Assembly: GCA_034521575.1 (NCBI GenBank)
Contig: JAXHMJ010000002.1
Location: 1,001,089 to 1,065,088, forward strand
Origin: Candidatus Zhuqueibacterota bacterium
GTDB taxonomy: Bacteria > Zhuqueibacterota > Zhuqueibacteria > Residuimicrobiales > Krinioviventaceae
Direction: 5' to 3'
DNA: 64,000 bases
Both the position numbers and the translations under genes were made by a program. Shown piece after piece: positions 39,523-50,781 of the stretch (positions within the stretch are counted from its first letter, which is position 1; the number at the start of each line of letters is the position of its first letter). The notes under the pieces were generated by a model. It was not told where the DNA came from. It ran no database searches and was given only the letters and a program-made list of their open reading frames with translations.

Positions 39523-42168
39523 TTATTCCAGAGAGTCAATCAAACTGGTATCATTTTTAATTTTTTCTTCAAGCTGCTGCATCTTGCGCTGTGCATTCTG
39601 ATCATCCGGATTTGTTCCCTGCCACTTGTTCATAGCCTCAAGAGCTTGTTCATACTTGCCCTGCTGTTCAAGCATGTTTATGTAGGTTCCGGCGATATAG
39701 CTATCCGAAGGATTCATTTCGTAAGCATATTCAACAAGGTCCAGGCTTTTTTCATTTGCATCAGCATACTGATACATATTGGCGACCTGTACCATCAATC
39801 TGGGATCCGGCGGCGGGATCACTTTAAAGGGAATACGTTCCTGCATTTTATCAAGTGCCCGGACCACAGCTTTATCATCTCCCTGGCGCCTGTATTCCCA
39901 CACCAGACGCAGATAGGCGGCACGATAATTCTGCAGCAAGCCGATGATACTCTTGTTAAAATATACATCCGGATTATCAAGATTACGATATTTGAATTTA
40001 TCCAGGTTCTTTTCCAGCTTTTCACCATACACATGTTCAACCTGGTAGGGTACCAGTTTAAAACAAAGTCCGTCCATTCGCAGATAGTTATCAAGATTGA
40101 TTTTGTTCTGATCCGACACGGTTACCGCGAAATAGATCGGTTTCTCCCACCTGTTGGCCAGAATAATGTTCAGAATCATATAATCCTGCACTCGCAGCGC
40201 CTGGCCCATGATTGTGGGTTCGACTGTAACACGCATTTTTGAATCCTGATACTCGGAACTTTGCAGAAAAAGAGTTGAATCCTGCATATCATTTAGAGCA
40301 TCCTCTTTGCCCTGTTCCGTGACCGGGATGGCGATGGTGCTTTTTTCCCATCTCTGGATATTGATATCATCAATGCGATGGTCTGGAATCGAAATGGGAA
40401 CTTTGGGCTCCTCATGTTTAAGTTGTTTGATATACCAGTCTGTGTTCAACAGACTCAGATTAACCACCCGCACATCCGGTCGAATATTCTCTACATATTG
40501 CAAATACCAAAGTGGAAAGGTATCATTATCGCCATTTGTGAACACAATACCATCTTTTTCACAGGTTTCAAGGATATTATAAGAATAATCATAAGCGACA
40601 AAATTACCGCTACGGTCATGGTCCTGAAAATTGTGCGCAAACAGTATACCTGGCGCCATAACCAAGGCGAGCAAAATAGCCACACCTGCATAAACCATTC
40701 TCAGTTTTATTTTTTCAACCCGTTCCTGTAACCATTCAAGAACCGCTGTCACCCCCATTCCGATCCATATACTGAATGCAAAGAATGACCCGACATAGAC
40801 ATAATCCCGTTCTCTGGGCTGTGGATCAGGCTGGTTCAGATAAATAATAATCGCGAGACCGGTCAGGAAAAACAACGCCAGAATAAACAGCGCGTGTCTC
40901 CAATGCCTGGAGAAATGGTGAACCATTCCGAGAACGCCCAGGAGAAACGGAAGGGCAAACAAACCATTGAACGATAAATTTTCGGCAATAAACCCATCCT
41001 GGCCGATCGTTGTTCCTTTTCCGATAAACTGCCAGCCAAAATAACGGAAATACATTTTTTTAATCTGATAATTCCAAAAGAAATCCATCTGTTCGTCCCA
41101 GCGAAACGTTTTATAATCCTGGTTCGGATATTGCCGTTCGAACTGCCATTCAGGCGGCAGGTCCGGAAAACGTCTCGGGAATGTGCCCCAACTGCCGTAC
41201 TGCTCTCGATTCAGATATTTGACCATTTTTTCCATCGTCTCCGGATTATTCTCATCCACGGCCGGATCTGCATTGGAACGGATGTAAATCATAGTATATG
41301 TTGAATAACCGGTTAAGACGAGCAACAAAGCCATAAACGCCAATGTAAAAATGCGTTTTTTCTGTGAAATACCATACAAGACCCCTCCCAACACGGCAAG
41401 AATTACAATCAGGAGAAACCACATGCCGACAGATCCAGCGATTCTCGGAACAAACTGAACGACACCCGGGTAAATCACAGCAAAGACCCCGCCGGTGATC
41501 AAAACAAAGTACAATAGATTTTTCCAGGTAATGATCTCGCCGCGTTGGTCCAGAATTTTGAAATAAATAATCATAAAAATAGCCGGCAGTGCCAGAATCA
41601 TCAGCAAGTGAACACCGATAGCCAGTCCGACAAAATAGGCGATCAGCAGCAGATAACGTTCATTTCCGGGCTCATCGGCTTTTTCCAGCCACACCAAAAT
41701 GCACCAGACAATCATAGCCGTAAACATCATCGAAATGGCATATACCTCTGCTTCCACGGCACTGAACCAGAATGTATCGCTAAAGGCAAAGGCGAGTGAT
41801 CCAACCAGACCGCTGGCGAGCAGAATCAGGGTATCGTAAAAAGATTTTGATGCACCGCGCCATTGTTTGATCAGTCGCACAATAATCAGGAATGCAAGCA
41901 TAACCGTCAAAGCTGAAGACAGTGCTGAAACAATATTGACGCGTAATGCAATATTGCCGGCGATAGGTAAAAGAGTAAAAATCCGTCCGATCAACAGGTA
42001 AAACGGCGCACCCGGGGGATGCGGAACTCCAAGAATATAGGAGCATGTGATAAACTCACCGCAATCCCAGAATGAAGTTGTCGGGGCGATTGTGATCAGG
42101 TAAACAATCAACGAGCTGACAAAGGTCAAGCCGCCAAAAAGCCTGATAATGTTTTTTTCATTCTGCAT
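39523..42168 (-). CDS. DUF2723-family GT-C-type glycosyltransferase (PMT/ArnT-like, GT39/GT83-like) with a C-terminal TPR region.
   Basis: The protein is 881 aa. The N-terminal motif ...TSFWDCGEFITCSYILGVPHPPGAPFYLL is the DUF2723/PMT_2 motif with its DxE-type loop. More than 11 TM helices are predicted. The C-terminus has TPR-like repeats (...YEQALEAMNKWQGTNPDDQNAQRKMQQLEEKI). Confidence 0.7.
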   Translation of the reverse strand: MQNEKNIIRLFGGLTFVSSLIVYLITIAPTTSFWDCGEFITCSYILGVPHPPGAPFYLLIGRIFTLLPIAGNIALRVNIVSALSSALTVMLAFLIIVRLIKQWRGASKSFYDTLILLASGLVGSLAFAFSDTFWFSAVEAEVYAISMMFTAMIVWCILVWLEKADEPGNERYLLLIAYFVGLAIGVHLLMILALPAIFMIIYFKILDQRGEIITWKNLLYFVLITGGVFAVIYPGVVQFVPRIAGSVGMWFLLIVILAVLGGVLYGISQKKRIFTLAFMALLLVLTGYSTYTMIYIRSNADPAVDENNPETMEKMVKYLNREQYGSWGTFPRRFPDLPPEWQFERQYPNQDYKTFRWDEQMDFFWNYQIKKMYFRYFGWQFIGKGTTIGQDGFIAENLSFNGLFALPFLLGVLGMVHHFSRHWRHALFILALFFLTGLAIIIYLNQPDPQPRERDYVYVGSFFAFSIWIGMGVTAVLEWLQERVEKIKLRMVYAGVAILLALVMAPGILFAHNFQDHDRSGNFVAYDYSYNILETCEKDGIVFTNGDNDTFPLWYLQYVENIRPDVRVVNLSLLNTDWYIKQLKHEEPKVPISIPDHRIDDINIQRWEKSTIAIPVTEQGKEDALNDMQDSTLFLQSSEYQDSKMRVTVEPTIMGQALRVQDYMILNIILANRWEKPIYFAVTVSDQNKINLDNYLRMDGLCFKLVPYQVEHVYGEKLEKNLDKFKYRNLDNPDVYFNKSIIGLLQNYRAAYLRLVWEYRRQGDDKAVVRALDKMQERIPFKVIPPPDPRLMVQVANMYQYADANEKSLDLVEYAYEMNPSDSYIAGTYINMLEQQGKYEQALEAMNKWQGTNPDDQNAQRKMQQLEEKIKNDTSLIDSLE

Positions 42169-42177
42169 TTTTTCTCC

Positions 42178-43299
42178 TCAGTGCTGTTTTTTTGTAATTT
42201 TCTCAATAATGTCGAGTGCATGATCTGCCGAGGCATCCCATTGAAAAGATTCCGCCCAGCGTCTCGACTGCACCGCTAATTTATTTCTCAATTCTGCATC
42301 ATCCAATAGCATATTTAGATAATCCTTCATTTTGCTCAAATCGCCGTACGGATAAAGATAGCCGGTTTTTTCATGCACCACCGAATCCCGCAATCCCGGT
42401 GAATCAGATGCAATAACCGGGACGCCGCAGGCGTTGGCCTCGATGACCGTGAGTCCCCATCCTTCTTTGGGAGAAGGATTTACCGCCACCCATAGTCGGT
42501 TAAGCCACTGCACTTTTTCTTTATGTGTGACATGACCGGTAAAATGTACACGATCCCGAAGTTCAAGCCTGTCCACTAACTTTATCAGCGACGCCTTGTA
42601 ATCTCCGTCTCCGATGATCACACACCAGGCATCCGGTCTATGTGAAAATATTTCCGGCAAAGCCTTTATCAAATGATCGATTTTTTTATACTTTTTCAAC
42701 CGCCCCAGATACCCGATCAGAGGTTTGTCCTCTTTTTGGTGCAGCCAGGAATATTTTTGTACATCCACGGCATTCGGCAGAGCATAGATATCAGTCGAAA
42801 TACCCTTGTCCCGCAGTTCTTTGCGTGTACTGTCTGACACCACTGCAAACGGCGTGTTTCGATAAAAAAACGGGACCAGGCGTTCACTCTGACAAACATA
42901 TTGCGCCTGCAGATAAGACGCCTGCATGAAAATGCTTTTTCCGAAAAAATGATGCACAATAGCAATCAGCGGTTTTTTGACAAAGAGCGGTGTAAAAAAC
43001 GGTATCTTGTTGATATCATCAAAGACAATATCAAAATTATACGTGCGGTTCAGTTTTTGATAAACAAACGGCACCAAAAAATTAAACGTATTGCGGGAAC
43101 CGCAGCGAATCACGCGCATGCCGTCAATCCATTCCGATGTGGCAGCGCCTCCATATCGACAACACAGAAAAGTGACATGGTGTCCTTTGGCCGCTACACG
43201 CCGAAAAATTTCGTGAGCATGAACTTCGGCGCCTCCACCCAGCGGATGTGTGATATCCTGCCAATTGATGATCAATATGTTATACTGCTTTGTATTCAC
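42178..43299 (-). CDS. Glycosyltransferase family 4 (GT4, Glycos_transf_1).
   Basis: The protein is 373 aa. The N-terminal blocks are HPLGGGAEVHAHE. The C-terminus EGWGLTVIEANACGVPVIASDSPGLRDSV carries the E-x7-E motif. Confidence 0.8.
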   Translation of the reverse strand: MNTKQYNILIINWQDITHPLGGGAEVHAHEIFRRVAAKGHHVTFLCCRYGGAATSEWIDGMRVIRCGSRNTFNFLVPFVYQKLNRTYNFDIVFDDINKIPFFTPLFVKKPLIAIVHHFFGKSIFMQASYLQAQYVCQSERLVPFFYRNTPFAVVSDSTRKELRDKGISTDIYALPNAVDVQKYSWLHQKEDKPLIGYLGRLKKYKKIDHLIKALPEIFSHRPDAWCVIIGDGDYKASLIKLVDRLELRDRVHFTGHVTHKEKVQWLNRLWVAVNPSPKEGWGLTVIEANACGVPVIASDSPGLRDSVVHEKTGYLYPYGDLSKMKDYLNMLLDDAELRNKLAVQSRRWAESFQWDASADHALDIIEKITKKQH

Positions 43300-44078
43300 T
43301 GTTCCCTTTCATCTTTTATACCGATCACACCGATATCCATGAACGTATAAAAGGACAGTGAAAAGGTCTTGAACCATTTGGCAAATGCTTCAGCGGCGGC
43401 CGAGATCAACGGGATTTTCGGATAAGGGGCTATATTGATTCTTAGCTTTAACAATGCTTTGCGGAGAGCGCGATAAAACAGCCCCGGACGCATCCAGCTG
43501 CCGTAACGGTGATAAATATGAAAACCCTGTTGACGGAACATAGCTGCGAGTTGACCAATCGTAAACTCGGTTTCCCATCCGGCGAACCATTTATTCATCC
43601 ATATTAAAAGATGCTTGATCAGTGTATACAAATGAAATGTTTGTGGTACGTCCGCGAGCGTATAGCCGCCACGGGCGGTAATTCTGTAATTTTCCTTTAT
43701 AATCTCTTCCGGATTGCTAAAATGTTCCAGCAAGCCCTGATGATAGACCACATCCATACAGTCATCTTTAAACGGAAGATGAAACGCATCTCCTTTTACC
43801 AGAAAGACCGGCTTTTCCATTTTGTGCGCCAAATGTTTCATCACCTTGAGGGAGTTGTCCGCATAGTCGAGCAGAATAACGGTTGCACCCAGATCAACGA
43901 GCTTGAACCCGTCTCGACCGGAGCCGGCGCCGATTTCAATAACCCGTTTTCCGTCAAGTTCTGTAAGAGACTGAACCTGTCCAATGATTCGTGCAGAATT
44001 GGAATAAACCTCATCAATCGTCTCCGGATCCCAAAAGTCCTCCCACACTTTTTGATTATGCTGTTCCTGTTTCGGCAT
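43296..44078 (-). CDS. Class I SAM-dependent methyltransferase.
   Basis: Motif I is VIEIGAGSGRDGFKL. Its stop overlaps the GT4 start (ATGA). Confidence 0.75.
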   Translation of the reverse strand: MPKQEQHNQKVWEDFWDPETIDEVYSNSARIIGQVQSLTELDGKRVIEIGAGSGRDGFKLVDLGATVILLDYADNSLKVMKHLAHKMEKPVFLVKGDAFHLPFKDDCMDVVYHQGLLEHFSNPEEIIKENYRITARGGYTLADVPQTFHLYTLIKHLLIWMNKWFAGWETEFTIGQLAAMFRQQGFHIYHRYGSWMRPGLFYRALRKALLKLRINIAPYPKIPLISAAAEAFAKWFKTFSLSFYTFMDIGVIGIKDEREQ

Positions 44079-44228
44079 TCAAGTTCCTGTTTGAGTTTTC
44101 CATCGCCTCGACTTTTAAATAACCGCAAATATTAAAATAAAAGAGTCTGGCAAGAAAAACAAGTTAAATGTCATAAATGTCTATCAAATAATGGTAGTAT
44201 TCATTTCATCATAAAACTCTGACAGATT

Positions 44229-46325
44229 TCAGCTGACCAAAGCAAAGTCAGAGCGTTCCTTAAACCGACGCATCAGGTAATCGCCGCCGGGATTCTCAAT
44301 CCACTCATCTGCTTTTGGTTCGTTTTGCATAAATTCAAACGCCTCTTTTCTGGCACGAACCAGAATATCCTGATCGTTCAGTATATCGGCGATCAACAAA
44401 TTCGGCAATCCATGCTGGCGCACACCAAAATAATCGCCCGGTCCGCGCAGTTTCAGATCGCGTTCGGCAATCACAAAACCATCCGTTGTTTCGGCCATTG
44501 CATTTAACCGTGTCAGCGCCTCATCGCTCAGAGGATCATAAGCGATCAGAATACAAAACGACTGCTTTACCCCGCGTCCAACGCGTCCCCGCAGCTGGTG
44601 CAACTGGGTCAAGCCAAAGCGTTCCGCATGTTCAATCACCATAATGGTCGCATTCGGCACATCAACACCAACCTCAATGACCGTAGTACTGACCAATAGG
44701 TCTATATCTTCGGCTTTGAAACGATTCATGGTATGCTCTTTTTCATCACTGCTCATGCGACCATGCAAAAGTCCGATTCTAAAATTCTGAAAAAACCTGG
44801 TTTTCATGATTTCATAACTATCAACCGCCGCTTTGAGATCCAGTTTTTCTGATTCTTCGACCAAAGGAAAAACAACATAGACCTGAGCGCCGGCTGCGAG
44901 CTGATCGCGCACAAACCTGTATATTTGCGGACGCTTGTTTTCCAGCCGCCAGGTGGTACGAACGGGTTTTCTGCCGCCGGGCAGCTTGTCGAGGACAGAA
45001 ACATCGAGGTCGCCGTAAACCGTCATGGACAGGGTGCGAGGAATGGGCGTTGCGGTCATAACCAGAACATCAGGCGAAAAGCCTTTTTGCCGCAGCCGGG
45101 CCCGCTGCATAACACCGAATCTGTGCTGTTCATCGATTACGACGAATCCCAGATTGCGAAATTCAACCTGATCCTGAATCACAGCATGCGTACCGACCAC
45201 AATTTGTGCAAAACCGCTTTCTATATTTTCCAAAATCTGTCTTCGCGTTGCTGCAGGCTGCCCGCCGACAATAAGCACCACATGGACATCGATACGTTCC
45301 AGCAGCGAATGTATCGTTAAAAAGTGTTGTTCGGCCAGTATTTCCGTGGGCGCCATCAGCGCGGCCTGATAGCCGTTTTCTACTGCAATTAGCATGGATA
45401 GCAGGGCGACAATGGTTTTTCCGGAACCCACATCACCCTGCAAAAGGCGGTTCATGGAATACTCATTTTCCATATCTGCCGTAATTTCCGCGACAACGCG
45501 TTCCTGAGCATCTGTGAGTTTAAACGGCAGCATATCGAGCAGTTCACGGGTTTTATCCTGTTTCGCTTTAAACGCGATTCCAATTTCACTGCGCGTCATG
45601 CTTTTTTTACGGGCGGCCAGCATGAGTTCAAGATAAAAAAGTTCACTAAAAACAAGACGGTCTCGGGAACGGGATAAAGTATCGAAATTATCGGGAAAAT
45701 GAATCTGCCCCAGGGCAGCAGCGAGCGGCATCAGATCCTGACGTTCGATCATGGCGGCGGGCAGAGGATCCTTTATATTTTCAAGAAAGGAGCCCGTGAT
45801 CACAGCATTGATCAGCCGGCGCAGCCCCCGGCTGTCCAGATTGACCTTGGTAAGAGATTCCGTTGATGGGTATACCGGAATGATTTTACCGGTATTGATA
45901 TTGCCCTCACGATCACCCCCCAGCCGGTCAAAATCGGGATGGGTCATCTGATAGCCGTTAAAGCGTTTGACTTTGCCGCTCACGGCAAGCCATTCACCAA
46001 TCGTAAATATTTTTTGCCAGTAGGATAAACGTGAAAACCACACACAGGTTAACAGCGACGTATCATCTTTGAGCACAAGGACGAACCGGTTTTTACGGCC
46101 TTTGACAAAATCCTTTTGGATGATACGGCCGGCAACAGTCACTTCCTCTCCCTCACGCAATCTGGCAATCGGTGTTACCGTAGACCGGTCCAGATAGCGT
46201 CTTGGGAAATAATACAGCAAATCCTCGATCGTCCGTATTCCATTTTCCTGCAGAACAACAGCCCGTTTGGGACCAATGCTGCGCAATGATTCAATGGGCT
46301 GATGTAAGCTGTAGGGAAATGCCAT
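44229..46325 (-). CDS. recG: ATP-dependent DNA helicase RecG.
   Basis: The protein is 698 aa with an N-terminal wedge/OB domain. The Walker A motif is GDVGSGKT. The DEQH box and helicase C motifs QLHQLRGRVGRG are present. Confidence 0.9.
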   Translation of the reverse strand: MAFPYSLHQPIESLRSIGPKRAVVLQENGIRTIEDLLYYFPRRYLDRSTVTPIARLREGEEVTVAGRIIQKDFVKGRKNRFVLVLKDDTSLLTCVWFSRLSYWQKIFTIGEWLAVSGKVKRFNGYQMTHPDFDRLGGDREGNINTGKIIPVYPSTESLTKVNLDSRGLRRLINAVITGSFLENIKDPLPAAMIERQDLMPLAAALGQIHFPDNFDTLSRSRDRLVFSELFYLELMLAARKKSMTRSEIGIAFKAKQDKTRELLDMLPFKLTDAQERVVAEITADMENEYSMNRLLQGDVGSGKTIVALLSMLIAVENGYQAALMAPTEILAEQHFLTIHSLLERIDVHVVLIVGGQPAATRRQILENIESGFAQIVVGTHAVIQDQVEFRNLGFVVIDEQHRFGVMQRARLRQKGFSPDVLVMTATPIPRTLSMTVYGDLDVSVLDKLPGGRKPVRTTWRLENKRPQIYRFVRDQLAAGAQVYVVFPLVEESEKLDLKAAVDSYEIMKTRFFQNFRIGLLHGRMSSDEKEHTMNRFKAEDIDLLVSTTVIEVGVDVPNATIMVIEHAERFGLTQLHQLRGRVGRGVKQSFCILIAYDPLSDEALTRLNAMAETTDGFVIAERDLKLRGPGDYFGVRQHGLPNLLIADILNDQDILVRARKEAFEFMQNEPKADEWIENPGGDYLMRRFKERSDFALVS

Positions 46326-46337
46326 AAAATATCCGTA

Positions 46338-47678
46338 TTATTGCCGATATAGAACCGTGTACGTAAATGTTTTTTCTTGATCTGCCGCTACATCGACAGC
46401 AAACTCACAGAGAGTGGCGGTCCTGCGTGATATTTTGGGTGTGCTGCCAACAAACTCCCAATCACCCCAAAAATGCTCGACAACCGTAACGGTTATATCG
46501 TTTTGTTTGTGGTTGCGTAAAGATATTTCAACAGTCTCCTGACGAGTGTTACTGGTTACCCGCTCCCGTGATTTTACTGTGCGTTCGCCAACCACATCAA
46601 AGGCATTTCCCAGGGTCAGACGCACCCGCTCATCCTTGGGGGTATGATCGATTCGATCTTCTCCGATAAACTCCTGTGCTCCGTCTTTTGATTCTTTGTA
46701 AACCCGCACCTTGCCTTTGGGCAGCGGCATGCCGAGCCCGTTTTCTTCGCTGTTCATAAACTCAAGATCAACTCTGACTTTTTGTTTTTGGCCGTCATAG
46801 ATAAAGCGTTTTTCCGCCGGTGCGGTTTGGGGAGAAAAAAGAGAAATTTGTTTGACTTGTCGGTCTTTGAGCGTAGCCGGACGCTGCAGACGGTAGAGAT
46901 GATATTCAAACAATTCTTCCTGCTGAAACTGCTGCGGGGCTTCTGCGGCAACCATAGCTCTGTCCAGCCGCTGTACTCTTTTCTCTTCAGATGCTTTATT
47001 CAGATCTCCTGCAACCAGCTTTATTACAGCATCTTTATAGGTGGCGCCGCTGGTATTATGTATAGAAACCCAGGCGGAAAGCTCGAGCCGATCATCATCC
47101 TCATTAACCACTCCCACATACTGCGCATCCCAGCTCATATCCCCGGTAAGGTAACTGATCTCGGTTTTATGAGTTCCCGCTTTGTCGGCATCCAGCAGCC
47201 AAACCAGCGTCGGACGGGTTTTCAGACCAGCGGGCAGTTCGGGAAATTCAACATGCTCAATGACGTCTTTGGCAATTGCTCTGACTTTGCCGTTTTGAGT
47301 CATGAGAACAATATAACCATTATTGGAACTTGCAAGCTTGCCCTGAAGAAAATTTTCCTGACGCGTTACCAATTGCACCGTCTGGTCCAGATAGGTTTCC
47401 AACAACCGGTCCATACCCACGAGATCATATTCAAAATTTTGTTCCAAAATATGCACCTGACCGGGGGCGGTCAGAGACTTGAAATGCACTGATGTGGGAT
47501 CAATAGAGGCTGCCACATCAGTGAACTCGAACACTTGTCGTCCCATTTCAAATTTGTTTTCCCGAACATCACGTACCAACGACATGTTTCCGTTATAGAT
47601 TGTTACGGCGATATCCGAAGCCGATAACGAAACAACGCAAACCATCAGGCTGATCAAAATAATCTGAAAGAATCTCAT
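46338..47678 (-). CDS. DUF4139/DUF4140-domain protein (TIGR02231 mucoidy-inhibitor-A-like), secreted.
   Basis: The protein is 446 aa with a signal peptide. The N-terminus DIAVTIYNGNMSLVRDVR... and the C-terminal DUF4139 blocks are recognisable. Confidence 0.6.
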   Translation of the reverse strand: MRFFQIILISLMVCVVSLSASDIAVTIYNGNMSLVRDVRENKFEMGRQVFEFTDVAASIDPTSVHFKSLTAPGQVHILEQNFEYDLVGMDRLLETYLDQTVQLVTRQENFLQGKLASSNNGYIVLMTQNGKVRAIAKDVIEHVEFPELPAGLKTRPTLVWLLDADKAGTHKTEISYLTGDMSWDAQYVGVVNEDDDRLELSAWVSIHNTSGATYKDAVIKLVAGDLNKASEEKRVQRLDRAMVAAEAPQQFQQEELFEYHLYRLQRPATLKDRQVKQISLFSPQTAPAEKRFIYDGQKQKVRVDLEFMNSEENGLGMPLPKGKVRVYKESKDGAQEFIGEDRIDHTPKDERVRLTLGNAFDVVGERTVKSRERVTSNTRQETVEISLRNHKQNDITVTVVEHFWGDWEFVGSTPKISRRTATLCEFAVDVAADQEKTFTYTVLYRQ

Positions 47679-47771
47679 AGCACACCACCCGTTTATTAAA
47701 GTTTACTCAAATCAATAAAACGCGAATTTGCAATTCAAGTTCCTGGTTTTATTTGATAAACCCGTCTTTTA

Positions 47772-50487
47772 TCAGGACAGCATCTGCAGATTCTTTTCCA
47801 GTTTATCAAGATTCATTTCCCAATCGGCTTTTTTCTGGCGTTCTTTTTCAACCACATCTTTGGGAGCCCGGGAAATAAATTTTTCATTATTCAATTTTTT
47901 ATTCAAACCTTCCAGCTGTTTTTCAAGACGTGTCATTTCTTTTCCAAGGCGTTCTTTTTCCATCTTGACATCAATCAAATCAGTTAGGGGCATATACATT
48001 TCCATACCCTGCACCACTGCAGTTGCCGAGAGCTCGGGCCGCTCTGATCCAAAGGATAGGCTCTCCAGACGTGAAAGACGTTTGACAGCAATTTCATTAT
48101 CCTCAATAATCCGCTGTTTTGCAGGATCAGTGATATTCATGACAAGTTCAGCCTGTTTGCCCGGTGGTATATTCATTTCTCCGCGAATATTGCGGACCGC
48201 ACCGATTGTCTGCTGCAGCAATGAAAAGGTTTCTTCAGCAGACGGGTTGATCCAATCATTATCGACTACCGGGTAGCTCTCGTGCATAATGGAGCGTTTC
48301 TCATCGACTGCATGTTCATTGCCGGGAAATGCCTGCCAGATTTCTTCTGTGATAAACGGCATCATGGGATGCAATAGCTTAATACTGCTCTCCATGACAA
48401 AAAACGCAACAGACCGGCCGATTTGCTGTTTGCGCACATCCGAATCATCATAAAAGCGCAATTTTACCCATTCCACATACCAGTCACAAAACTCGCTCCA
48501 GACAAAGCTGTACAAGTCATGTGCGGCATCGTTCAGCCTGAACTCTTTCATAGACCGATCCACATCTTTGATGGTCTTGTTCAGCCGGCTCAGAATCCAG
48601 CGATCCGATAAATCAAATTCATCCTGAGAGATAGATTCCAGAGTTAGCAATTCCTGCGACGCATCCAGATTCATCAACACAAAACGGACGGCGTTCCAAA
48701 GTTTGTTGCAGAACCGCTGACCCAGTTCCACTAAAGTATGATCAAAGTGCACATCTCCACCCAGAGGCGTTGAATACAGCATGGTCATACGCACTGCATC
48801 AGCGCCATAGGCCGGGACTCCGTCTTTAAAAGTCGGATTTTCCGGAATAAAATGCTGCATCTGTTCCGGTTCCGCACCGTCGATCAGCCACAGGGGATCC
48901 GGAGAGTTTCCGAGTGACTTTGACATTTTTTTGCCCTGCAAATCGCGTATCATTCCGTTGAAATAAACATCAGTGAACGGAATATCATCCATAAATTCCA
49001 GAGAAGCCATGATCATACGGGCAACCCAGAAAAAAATAATATCCGGACCGGTAGCCAGTGTATCTGTTGGGAAAAAAGTGTATAGATCCCGAGTATCTTC
49101 CGGCCAGCCCAGGGTGCTGAACGGCCACAGCCAAGATGAAAACCAGGTATCGAGAACATCTTCATCCTGACGCAGTTCTGTACTGCCGCATTCAGCGCAT
49201 TTGTCCGGGGTTTCCCTGGAAACCGTATGATGGCCTTTTTCGCAGTACCAGACCGGAATGCGGTGTCCCCACCATATCTGACGGCTGATACACCAGTCGC
49301 GGATATTTTCCATCCAGTGAAAATAGGTTTCTTCCCAGTGTTTAGGATAAAAACGAATGTTACCCTCGCGCACAACCTTGATAGCCGGTTCAGCCAGAGG
49401 TTTCATTTTTACAAACCACTGGTCGGACAGATAGGGTTCGACAATATCATTAGATCGATAACAGCGCGGTACGGAAATCACTTTTTTCTGTTCACTTTTC
49501 ACCAATCCCAGTTCTGCAAGATCTTTTAATATTTGTTTTCGGGCTTTGAACCGGTCCATTCCTTCATACGCTCCGGCATTCTCGTTCATGCTGCCGTCCG
49601 GTGCAATTACCGATACTTGTTTGAGGTTGTGCCGCTGGCCCACCTGAAAATCATTAAAATCATGTGCCGGAGTGATCTTAACCGCGCCGCTGCCCAGTTC
49701 AGGATCGGCGTGTTCATCGGCAATGATGGGGATATCTCTATTTATCAATGGCAGCTTGACGGTTTTCCCGATAAAGTCAGTATAACGTTCATCTTCCGGA
49801 TGTACGGCAACCGCAGTATCACCCAGCATGGTTTCCGGCCGGGTGGTTGCCACGACAATCTCACCGGAACCATCGGATAATGGATAAGTGAGTTCCCAGA
49901 ATCCCCCGGTTTCCTCCTTGTTATCCACCTCTTCATCAGCCAATGCAGTATGGCAATAAGGGCACCAGTTGATGAGTCGGCGTCCCCGGTATATCAATCC
50001 CTTTTCGTACAAACTGACAAAGACTTCACGTACAGCATTGGAAAGATCTTCATCCACTGGTAAAACATTCGCGATCCCAGTCACAGGAAGCGCCGAGTTT
50101 TCGAAGCTGCTGCAAAATGATGCCGCCATATTTTTCTTTCCATTCCCACACCCGCTCGAGGAATTTTTCACGGCCCAGATCATATCGGGTTTTGTCTTGC
50201 TGCTGTAAGGCAGCTTCCACTTTGTTTTGCGTGGCAATACCGGCATGGTCCGTACCGGGCATCCACAAGGTCTCATACCCCTGCATCTTTTTCCAGCGAA
50301 TCAACAGGTCCTGGACGGTATTGTTCAAAACGTGTCCCATGGTCAGCATACCTGTCACATTCGGAGGCGGTATGACGATGGTAAATGTTGGTTTTTCCGT
50401 ATCCGAATCAGCGTGAAAAAACTTGTTTTTTTCCCAGTATTGATACCACTTGTTTTCAACGTTCTTCGGTTCGTAAACTTTATCCAT
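47772..50487 (-). CDS. valS: Valine--tRNA ligase, split by a +1 frameshift near 50050-50060.
   Basis: The N-terminal ORF 50050..50487 (MDKVYEPKNVENKWYQYWEK...PPPNVTGMLTMGHVLN, the HIGH region) ends ...CDWDRECFTSG*. The 834-aa ORF continues ...DEDLSNAVREVFVSLYEKGLIYRG and includes KMSKS and the C-terminal coiled coil. Skipping one A restores ...CFTVDEDLSNAVREVF. Confidence 0.85.
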
Positions 50488-50718
50488 ACATTCCCTCTTT
50501 CCACTAGTTGGTTTTTAACTGGTAATTTACTAAAAAAGCGGTGAAGAATCAATAGATTCCATCAAGAAATAAAGAAAGCTCAAGCTGAAAAATTTGCAAT
50601 TATTTTTAATTTTTTGAAATTTTTAGCAAGGTGTCTTTGTTACATTTCTATCATACCGAAGACCAGATCCAGATCCGATACATCCCCCATATTCCATTCA
50701 ACTGAAACAGGAGGTATT

Positions 50719-50759
50719 ATCTTGTATTTACATGAAACCAATGTAAATCTTGTATTTAC
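50719..50759 (+). promoter_or_regulatory. Candidate operator: two direct repeats ATCTTGTATTTAC, 28 bp apart, bracketing the palindrome TTACAT-N7-ATGTAA, 23-60 bp upstream of the GEVED cargo gene.
   Basis: Seen directly in the sequence at 50719-50731, 50747-50759 and 50728-50748. The motifs lie in a 290-bp AT-rich intergenic region. Confidence 0.3.
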
Positions 50760-50781
50760 GTAACATTTTTGCATCCATCCA

